Below are positions 55,101 through 64,000 of a DNA stretch of 64,000 nt, piece by piece. Within the stretch, counting starts at the first letter, position 1. Each line of letters opens with the position of its first letter. Location: NCBI RefSeq assembly GCF_018350175.1, contig NC_058385.1, positions 83,018,001 through 83,082,000 on the forward strand, written 5' to 3'. Under the pieces are notes generated by a model, which did not search any database, was not told where the DNA came from, and saw only the letters and a list, made by a program, of their open reading frames with translations. The translations under genes were made by a program, and so were the position numbers. The DNA comes from Felis catus (Eukaryota).

Positions 55101-58100
55101 TCAGGCTCCACAACAGCCGGAGAAGTCTGCTCCAGGTGAGCTCTTGCCACCACCAAGGCTCCCCTGGTGGCATGGATGTGGGGGCTGGTGGCCACAGCAC
55201 TCTCAAGTTGCCACGCACTCAGCCAACTCCAGAGGCCCATGGAATTGTCCCCTGCAGACCCAGCCAGGCACAGTGCACTGGGCTCACCATGGCCACTGGT
55301 AATTCTCCTCACCCCAGAGCTGGGCACCATCTGAGACAGTCCCTAGACGCACAGCGTGGCTGGTGCCTGCTCCAAGCTGTGTGTCCTGGTGGAGTCAGGA
55401 GAAACGTTGCTGGTAGGAACAGAGAATGGAACACATCACATGCCTGAGACCAGCCCACCAAAAAAGGACAGTCAACACGGCATACCAAAGAAGACCCCCA
55501 GAAATGGAGGGGCTGAGGCCAGGCCAAGAGATAATGGTCAGCAGTGGGACCCAACCAGGGACATGAAGAAGGTTAGGAGACAGCATGTATAGGGCCTATG
55601 CCATTTATGACCAGATCCTCCTGGGAGCAAACCCAGCTCATATGCATCCAGGCTCGTCCCCACCCCTACCCTCAATGTCCCCATCCAGGTCACATGCAGT
55701 GGGGAGCCACCAAGAAGCCTTCCCTCCTTCTTCCAGCTCATCCCTCAGGCCCCTCGTGGGCACTGCTATACATCCATGCCAGGCATGCCCCCACCCACGG
55801 CATGGCTTCCAGCAACCAAAGCACGTTCCAATCCGTGGCAGGACTCTAGTCAACCCTTCTAGAGCCAAGGGCTCTACCACTGATCACATGTTCTAGAGCT
55901 TTCTCTAGGCATCCAGAGATGAGAGAGAAACAACTCCCTATCAAGGCCCAGCTGTCACTTTGGAAGAATGGAGGTAGGGCAGGGGCCGGTGCTAAAGCCT
56001 ACAGTTCAGCGTCATGGTCTCTCCTTGCTCAGCAGGCCTGTTTCCAGGGAAGCTGCTGAGCAGAGCCCACTAGGTCATGGGAAGGCCACAGGTCAGGGAT
56101 ATCTCAGATCCTCTACTCTCTCCATCACAGCTGTTTAGCTGCCTGCCTCCAGTCTGCCCAGGACGGAGCTCAGCTCCCAGCACACTGCAGGCCGGTTTGA
56201 ACCAGCCAGGCTCAGAGGCCCCATCACCGGTAGCTCTGGCCAGAGGCACAGCTTTGGCTCTCTGTCCTGAGTGGACCAGGAAGCAGCACCATGTGGCCTG
56301 TCATCGTGCCAGGGCCAGGTCTAGCCCACTCACAGGACGGGGGGGAGAACCCCAAATTCCCCTGGGACCCTCCCCCACAACCCATCATTGGCTTGGCTTT
56401 TTTGGGCTCTTATTTAAGACCCAAGGAAGGAAGACTTCTTCCACCTGAGAGGATCAAAAGGTCACCGGCAAGGAGAAAATGGGCTGGAGAGGGGACAATT
56501 CCTGAAGGGTCCCTCCAAGGCTGAGGGTCCATGGGAAGTGCTCCTCCAATTGGGTCAGAAGGCCTGTGGTATTCCTGAGCTAGGGCCTCTGGCCAGGAGG
56601 TTAGGCAGAGAGCCAGTGCCCTCATCCCAAAGAACTCAACCCACTTCCCTGCCAATGCCTTCTCTTTCCTCTGTCACCTGGGTACACCAGGGTCCTCCTA
56701 AGCTACGTCATGCCAAAGCAGGAAAGGATTTGGAGATCTAGAGGCGGGGGAAATGGCAACCCAGGTTAGCCCGGTACTGCTTACTACAAAAACGGCCCTC
56801 TCGCCCATGGCCCCCTGTTTGAGTAACAGAACAAAGCCCCATCAGCCATCACCAGTCCTATAAGTGCAAAGAAAGGTGACCGAGAACCTGTTCCATTCCT
56901 CAAAAGGATTCTAGGAGGAAGCCTATCAGAGGGGTGGGGGTGGGGAGAGAGACAGGTGGACAAAAAAGAGAGCACACAGTAAACTAATTCTAGGGCCAAG
57001 GTGTGGCCCCTGCTGCTCTGTGACGCCCATGTAAGATCCACCTGGGCCAAGTCCCCTCTCTGATGGCTGTGGCTGGTTAAGGACGGAGTCAAGCCAACAT
57101 TCTGGATTCTCAGATGGTAAAAGGAGGGTGGACACACCTCCTGGAGTGCTGGTAGCCTGAGAAGCCAGGCCTGGTGTGGGTAAAGTAGGAAGGGGTGGGA
57201 ATCTAACTTAAGGCATAGCACATACAGAAAGCATAAGGTCAGCCTGGGAAGAGAGGAGGGACCCAGACTGTGGGGTTTGATGCAGGTAGTTCACCCAGAG
57301 GAAGAGATGAGGGGAAGGGAAAAGAGGTGATCCACTCCTTTCAATTCTCTTCCAAAATGAAAGGCAAAGAGAGTTCTTTCAATAAAGAGGTAGAAGGTAC
57401 ATGACAAGAGCTTGAAGGCAGGTTTCGGGGGTGTGGCTACTAAAAGAATAGAGAAAGAGCTGTTGAGTGAAGAGGAAAGACCAGGGTCTCCCCAAGCCCA
57501 GGGAGCTCAAGAATGAGGGGAGCAGGCTCGGGGAGGGGGGGGGGAGGGGGCGGAGGGAGGAGAGCGAAGGGGCGCGCGGAATGTGGGTATCTGTCACCAG
57601 CTTTCCCTGGGGGCAGCTTGAGAGGGTGAGCTGGGGAGTGCTGAGGTGGGGGCAGTGGGGAAACCCGGAAAGAAGCGAAAGATTCGGATCTGGGAACAAG
57701 AAAAGTCGGTACAAGAAGCTGGTTAGCAGTAGGAAATAAAGTGCTAACAGAAGGAGAATGTAAAGCTTCCGAAGAGCCGCCGGTATCCCGACTGCTGGGC
57801 CCCGGAGCTCAGACCTGCCTTCCGAGGATACGCGGTGCCCAGGGAGGGGGGCGGCCGCGGCGGGGCTGCAGCCGGGCTGGGTCGGGGTCGGGCCGGCGGC
57901 CCTACCTGGTACACGGAGGCCTTAGGCAGGTCCAGGCAGACGGTGCAGCACAGCACCGAGTAGAGACGCTCCTCCAGCTTCCCGCTGCCCGCCGCCGCCG
58001 CCGCCGCCGCCGCCTCGGCTGCCTCGGCCGCCCGCAGCCGCTTCTTGGGCGGCGCGTCAGGGTCGCCGGCCGCCTCCTGCAGCTGCCGGGCGCCTGCCAG

Positions 58101-58283
58101 GCCCGCCTCGTCCGGGAGCCCGGGCCCCGCCGCCTCGCCCAGAGCCGCTGCCGCCGCCGGCCCCGCGGCCGCCCCTGGCCCGGCCCCGACCCCGACCCCA
58201 GCCCCGACCCCGGCCCCAGCTGGCACGGCGCCGGCAGGCCCCGCGGCCGGCCCGCCCCCGCCGGCCTCCTCCGCGCCGGACAT
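46180..58283 (-). CDS. ZFTRAF1: Zinc finger TRAF-type containing 1 (CYHR1), 4 exons, about 406 aa; 5' part of exon 2 lies in an assembly gap
   Basis: Exon 1 58283-57906 ([10 protein letters not shown]...[16 protein letters not shown]). Exon 2 about 49389-49151 (visible: [34 protein letters not shown]). Exon 3 48383-48172 ([20 protein letters not shown]...). Exon 4 46571-46180 (...[11 protein letters not shown]). Visible splice sites are GT-AG with consistent phases. Confidence 0.95.
49254..49393. other. 140-N assembly gap covering the 5' part of ZFTRAF1 exon 2
   Basis: N run lies between a polypyrimidine tract (minus strand) and the in-frame coding sequence (V)EKAVSELP. Confidence 0.95.
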
Positions 58284-58800
58284 CGCGGCCGGTCGGCCCG
58301 GCGGGCGGGTGCCGGCGCGCACCCGCGGCTGGAGGTTAGGGGCGCCGCGCGCTCCCGCCGCCCTCTCGCTGCCGCCGCGACCCCGCAACCCCGCTCCCTG
58401 CGCCGCCGCCTCAGTGGGTCTGGCCCGCGCGTCGCCCCGAAGCCGCCGCGGCCACCGACCCCGGCGCGGCCGCCATCTTTGTTTTCGCTGCTCGTTCCCC
58501 CTGCCGCCGCCACCGCCCCCTCGGTCTCCCTGTCACGTGAGCCGTGCGGGGCCAATGGGAGAGCCGCCCAGGGCTAGATGGCACGTCAGCCAGACCCAAT
58601 GGGCGCGCAGGGACGCCCGAGGGCCCGCCCCTGCAGAAAGTAGGCAGGAAGAGGGCGGGGCCCAGGGCGACCTGCGGAGGGGCGCGCGTTCGGGGCAGGG
58701 AAATACTAGGGTTGGGGGCGTGCGCGCCGCTTCCGGTCCGTCTAGGGTGCGGCCCACTAGCCGAGGCCACCCGGTTGGTGGGCATCCCTGGACCGCCACG
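57760..58800 (-). promoter_or_regulatory. CpG island / ZFTRAF1 promoter: YY1 (CGCCATCTT, 58471-58479), E-box/CLEAR-like GTCACGTGA (58532-58540), two CCAAT boxes (about 58552 and 58597), GC box (about 58623)
   Basis: Motifs read directly; CpG-dense. Confidence 0.75.
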
Positions 58801-59816
58801 TTGGGATGTGCTTGCGCTTTTGTCCCCCAACACTCATGCTTGCGTGCAAGAATCTCTGGCCTGGCTCGCTGGAGTGAAAAACCCCGTCGGCCACTCAGGT
58901 CCTTCTTGTGTGGGACCAGGTGTGCTTCCACAGGAAGCACGCATAGAATAGACGCAAGCATAGAATATCTCGAGAAAGGACTCTGGACCCCGAATCTAAC
59001 CCACTGTTCTGCCCAAACCCATTTCCTAACCCTGGGGTTAGGAGCTGAGGGGGGTCCACTGAGAAAAGTGAGGGTCTTAGGAAATCAGGACCTGCCTTAC
59101 ACAGGCGAGCGGGCAGATGAGTACATGTCAAGTCAGCGGAGTGGGATTGTGCAGTTCTGAGGACAGCTGTAATACAGCTGTAATACAGCCCTTCCCTGCC
59201 CCCACCCCAACAGGCAGCCCGTGAAGGTCACTATCCCAGAGTGCCACCTGCCAGGTTGTACCAAGGATATTCAGAACTCTACTATGTCCCAAGAGAGCAA
59301 GGGCCCAGAAGTAGGTCTTCTCAATCTAGGGGCCCTCCTGACAAAGGTGACAGCAGGAGGTCAGGCTGGGTGATGCCCCAGGGCTAGTTCCAGGGCAGCC
59401 CCTTTCTTTGCACAGGGAAACCAGTTGCTGCCCTGGAGCTTTAGAAAACTCACTGGAGGACCCCTCCCTCGATCCCTTTCAAGAATGGGCAGATTCCATA
59501 TTCCTGCTGAATCCCTAAGGTTTATTGGAGACCAAGCCTCTCTCTGAATCCAAAACCATGGCCTGCCCGACATCAGGCCCCAAAACGTGCTTGGGGCCCC
59601 ATCTCCTTAATTCTTGTCTAGGTGAGTCCCCAAACTCAGCCAGAGGAGGGACAGTGCCCAGACTCTGTCTCCTGGCCAAGGCATCCATCACCGTGCAGCA
59701 AGCTCTCTTTGGGAGGCAAGAGAGTCCATCCTTAGGGGAGGAGGCCCATAGGAGCAGGCCTGTGGGAGGCGAAGGTGGTAGCCAGGGCAGAAGCCCCACC
59801 TTGCTGTCTGCAAACA

Positions 59817-60607
59817 TCACTCCCACTGCAGGCGCTGTGTGTGCAGGGCTCGGTGGTAGGCCCAACTGCCTGCAGCCAGGGCACAGCGACAGACATCCTC
59901 CTTTGGAAGCAGCAGAACTTTGTCCTCCTCCAGCCGGCTCAGGAGGCCTGCAGCCCCCAACATTGCGCCCCCCCACATTCCATAAGTGTTGGTCGTGAAA
60001 ACAGCCACAATGAGGATCGTCACTGCAACCACCAGCACCACTGCCTGACCAGCTACAGAACGGCCCTCAGCACCAAGGTGGTCACCAGCCACTGCCAGCA
60101 CCATTCCTCCTCCCAGGAGTAGGTTGGCAGAGGAGCGGTCCCCATTCACCCAGTGGAAATCGAAGGCCAGAAGGGGCAGGCCGATGACAGTGGCCACCCA
60201 GGCTGCAGCAAGACCGTCTTCATCTGTGCCCAGCCCTGGGGCCAGCAAGGTGGCAGAGGCCAAGGCCTGGAGCAGGAAGCCAGCAGCGGCCCCTCGACTT
60301 GCCTGTCAGCACAAGGATAGGAGGAGATGGGGGGGGGGGGGGGCGGGTAGCCAGGACTTCCCTTTAAGGAGGGAAGAGTGTGGAAGTCTCATGCAACCCT
60401 GGCCCCCACAGTCAACCTCCCACCACCCTTTCCCTGATCCGGGGAACTGGACCTGATCCAGGTCATTGCAATCTGGGAGTGGGATACACCCCTGCCTGGC
60501 CCCAGTGTACTCACCTGGGCAGTGCTCACCGCTGCGTGCAGAGACACCACTCCCAGCGCTAGGTGGGACAGGGTCGTGCTCCACTCACTCCACGGCTTGG
60601 GGGCCAT
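59817..60607 (-). CDS. TMEM276: Transmembrane protein 276, 2 coding exons, 192 aa
   Basis: Exons 60607-60515 (MAPKPWSEWSTTLSHLALGVVSLHAAVSTAQ) and 60302-59817 (ASRGAAAGFLLQ...LPLLAFDFHWVNGDRSSANLLLGG...QRLQWE*); 579 nt, several hydrophobic segments. AATAAA at 59526-59521. Probable 5' UTR intron 60861-60654. Confidence 0.92.
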
Positions 60608-60839
60608 GCCACCTCGGGTGGTAGTAAATGTGAAACCAGAAGGGGATCTTCAACTTTGGATTGGAAGAAAACGCAGAAGCCGGCGACCAGGAGCCCTAAG
60701 CGAGGCTCTCCAGGACTACCAGTTTCCAGAGCCCCATTTCTAAATATTGGGAAAGGCTCATCCGAAACTTTCCAGAGCCCTGGGGCCACTGGACACAATT
60801 GTGGGGAGGAAGAACCTAATCTGGCCGGGAAAAGAAGGG

Positions 60840-61864
60840 AAAAAGCGGCGCAGGGCCTGACCTGGTTAGACGTGAGTTCTGGGGCCCTGGAATCCAAGTC
60901 GGGGTGCCAGACCTCGGGGAGAGTTGGCGCGCAGGCCCACTCGGCCTGGTCTCTGCGCTCTGGGAAGCGCCGTTTTCAGAACCTGGCCTGGAAGGAGCTA
61001 GGGCGCAGGCCGTCAGCGCTGGCTGAGCTGCGAGGCCCCACCCCAGGGGCGAGCTGTAGATTGGCGTCGCCCGCCACCCTGCCACCCTGCCACCCTGCCA
61101 CCCGCCGGCTGCCGCCGGGTCTCCGGCTTCCTCCCGGCGCTGTCCGGGCGCGAACCAACGAGAGGAGCGGAGGCTAGAGCGGCGGGTGGGGGGGGGCGGG
61201 GCCTGGACGAAGAGGACGTTCTAGGACAGCAAGAAGAGGTTGTCAGGGCGGAGAGGCGACTAGGAGGAGGCCGCTCTGTACCACGGCCCGGGTGCGATAG
61301 CCAAGTGGTTTGGAGGGACTCTGTGGTGAGGGGAGGAGCTGTGAAGGGATGGGCCCGAGAAAGGGGAGGGTCGTGGGCGGAGCCTTGAGGGGAGGGGACT
61401 GGCTGTGCGCGGTATGGGCGGAGCTGGGAGGGGAGGGATGAGTGGGGAGGGGCTGTGAAGAGATCTGGGCGGGACTGGGGCGGAGCTATGAGGAAGGGGT
61501 TACGTGGGGAGGGGCGCTTGGATTCCCCGGGGCTGATGGCTCTAAGGGACGAGAGCTGTGGGGGCCTCCGCCGGGGGTTAGGAAAGATTCCGAGGAAGGG
61601 GTGTGTGGAGGCCGTGGGCGCTTTCAGCCCGGGGTCTCCGTGAAGTGGGAGTGGGAGGCGCGGGGCAGGTGTCCGGGTGCAGCCCCGGGGGCCCCTGTTT
61701 CTGGCATCCCCTTTCCTCGCGCGCGCGTCCTCCACCCGCGGGAGCGGGGCCGTGGGGGCGGCCGTCTCGAGCATGCGCACCGGCTTTGCACCGCGCGGGC
61801 GCGGAGTCGGGGCGCCGGGACGCGGGGCGGCGCGAAGCGGGGCCCTCTGCCGCCCCGCGCTCCC
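60840..61864. promoter_or_regulatory. Bidirectional CpG-island promoter shared by TMEM276 (-) and KIFC2 (+)
   Basis: Head-to-head ATGs at 60607 (-) and 61865 (+); CpG-rich with GC boxes. Confidence 0.75.
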
Positions 61865-64000
61865 ATGTACGCCTTCTACTCGCTGCTCATCTACATCTTC
61901 TACAGCCTCTTCCGTAGGGATGGCGGGGCTGCGGTGGCCAGCGACCCCGGGGACCCCGCCCAGGTGAGCGGAGCGGGCGCTGCACAGCCCGCGACCCCCT
62001 TCTCGAGAGCGGGTTTTGCGGGCCCGCGCAGCGTACGTTCCCAGGGCGCCGACGCTGGGGAGGAGGGCCGTGCCGAGGACCCCGTCTCTGTTCTGGTGTT
62101 GGAAGCGGAGACCTCAGCCGCAACTCCCTTGGCCAGGTTCCTGGGGGGAAAGAGCCCCACAGGCTGCCTACCCACTCCTTCGGGGTCTCGCTGCTCCCTC
62201 CCTAGAGTGCCGGTGGCAAGCCCGGGGGTCGCCGCCGCCCCGACCAGCCCACGGCAGAACTGTGGACCGAGCTGACAGGCCTGGTCGGTAGGTGCTGTCG
62301 GTGCATTGGGAGAGCTGCGTCCCCGGGACCGTGAGAGAACCCTGCCGTCGGAGAGAGGGAGGGGTGCCCGTGACCTCTTTGGGAGGGAGGAACACAGCTG
62401 GTGCCTTCTGGTGGCCTACCCTCCAACACGTGAACCGCAAGCCTCCCTTTCCCGCTATCAGGCCTCACAGGCTGCTCTGAGTCTGAGGATGGGCCGGAAG
62501 AGGGAGCCGAGGGCCGCTCTACCGAGGTCTCCCTGGAAGAGGCTCTCGTGCGTCTTGCTGAGTTCCTCTCCGTCCAGCTGGGGGCGGAAGAGAGCTGCCG
62601 GAACCCTGACCTGAGCAAGGTGAGCGGTTTGCCGCGCGTCCTGCCTCGGGAAACTCATACTCTATCCATAGTCCTGGGTCTCCCCATGGCTGTCATCACC
62701 TCAGTCTCCTTCGCTCCGATTCTTATCTCCTTTACAGCCGAGCGATGTCCCCCCACTGTTGACGGTGACCGGTCAGCTCTTGGCCCTCCTGGCATGGATT
62801 CGGAGCCCCAGGGGGAGGCAGGCCCTGCCCCAGGGTATTCATCCAGCCTCGGAGGTGCAGCCTCCCACACCTGCTGGTGCGTAAGGAGTAGTGAGTTGAA
62901 AAGGGAGTGGAGGGAGTGAAGTCCAGCAGAGACTGAGTGGCTCGTTGTTCGGGGCCCATGCCCAGCCTTGCTCCCGAGGTGTCCCCTCCTTCAGGTTAGA
63001 GACCTGATCAGTCCTAACTGGGTCCACCCCACCCCAGGATCCCCACCTCAAGAAGAAAGCCCTTCCCTTTCACCAAGGGGTGAGGCCCAAGGGCAGAACC
63101 CTCCCCAGTTGGAGGAGGACCAGAGAGCTTGGCAGCGGCTGGAGCAGCTCATCCTTGGACAGGTGAGGGGCCCCGGAAGGGCCCAGGACTGGGGTGGGAG
63201 GGAGTGGACGGACATGCTCCACCCTGTGCCCCTCCCTCCTTCCCAGCTAGAGGAGCTGAAGCAGCAACTCGAACTGCAGGAAGAGGAGCTGGGCCGCTTG
63301 CGCCTGGGCGTGGTAAGGCTGCTGGGGGTGGGGCTCCAGGAGGGGGACACGAGAGGGGGCCCCAGCTTTCAGGTGAGTTAGAGGGCCTCTTTCTCCGCCA
63401 GGGGGCGACAGACTCAGAGAAAAGGGTTCAGCATCTAACCCTGGAGAATGAGGCTCTGAAACAGAGCCTGAGCCTCACTCGGGACCTTCTGCTGCACTGG
63501 GGCCCTGGCCCCTCCACCAGGGCCCCCCAGGTATCCTCCTTAGCTGCTACCATTTTTGCAGTCTGGGGCTCCTGAACACTTGGCTTCCTGCAACACTGCC
63601 CACGCTTCCTCAGGATCTAATGCTGCTGGAAGGGAGGCAGGGGGACATCTTTGACCTTTAAGGGTCAGAGACTAGGATTGTGGACAGGCCTTGGGACGGT
63701 CTGTGCAAAGTTGCCCCAACAAGGGACCAGTGCCCGTGGGAGAATACCTCGACCCTGTCCCATGGCTTTCCAAGTGATGGACTTGAAGAGCAGAGGGACT
63801 TGGGAAAAGGAGTCCTGTCTGGGGTTGGGAGACATGAATTCATGAGCAGCTCTGCCTGTCTGTTTGACTTCCCCATCCATGAAATGGGGCTGCTGGAGTG
63901 CCCCTCCCTGAGTTCCCTCCTGGCTCCATAGCTGACACAGCTCCCACCCTTCCCACAGGAGGAGGCAGAGGCATTGGTGGAGCTCCAGAGTCGGCTTCAG
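61865..64000 (+). CDS. KIFC2: Kinesin-14 family member KIFC2, exons 1-8 (truncated by the window end)
   Basis: Exons (+): 61865-61963 (MYAFYSLLIYIFYSLFRRDGG...), 62206-62287, 62471-62619, 62738-62876, 63038-63162, 63247-63312, 63402-63530, 63959->64000. GT-AG and in frame; coiled-coil LEELKQQLELQEEELGRLRLGV. Confidence 0.96.

Noticed and set aside
57741-59160. 278-aa and 371-aa plus-strand ORFs
   Set aside because: Antisense shadows of the GC-rich ZFTRAF1 exon 1 and promoter.

Overview
Mammalian genomic DNA from a cat-family (Felidae) genome, judged by about 20 SINEC_Fc/Can-SINE copies. The GC-rich, gene-dense block has the same gene order as human 8q24.3. Six genes lie head-to-tail on the minus strand: TMEM276 > ZFTRAF1 (CYHR1) > TONSL > VPS28 > SLC39A4 (ZIP4) > CPSF1 (5' end only). 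KIFC2 (5' part) is transcribed divergently on the plus strand. I traced splice junctions by hand. The spliced CDSs keep frame and give SLC39A4 651 aa (12 exons), VPS28 221 aa (9 coding exons), TONSL 1370 aa (26 exons, one GC-AG intron), TMEM276 192 aa and ZFTRAF1 about 406 aa (part of exon 2 lies in a 140-N gap). The first 10 kb (CPSF1 intron 2) is a nest of L1, L2, MLT1 and SINE insertions. I see no wholly new gene or system. The best candidates for unannotated biology are regulatory: (1) a likely poison exon next to an intronic poly(A) site in ZFTRAF1 intron 3; (2) the TMEM276-ZFTRAF1 chimeric splice donor; (3) a solo LTR with a strong splice donor, antisense in VPS28 intron 1; (4) only about 200 bp between the TONSL 3' end and the VPS28 promoter; (5) uORFs in TONSL and ZFTRAF1. 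Gene and repeat identities come from recalled homology, not database searches.
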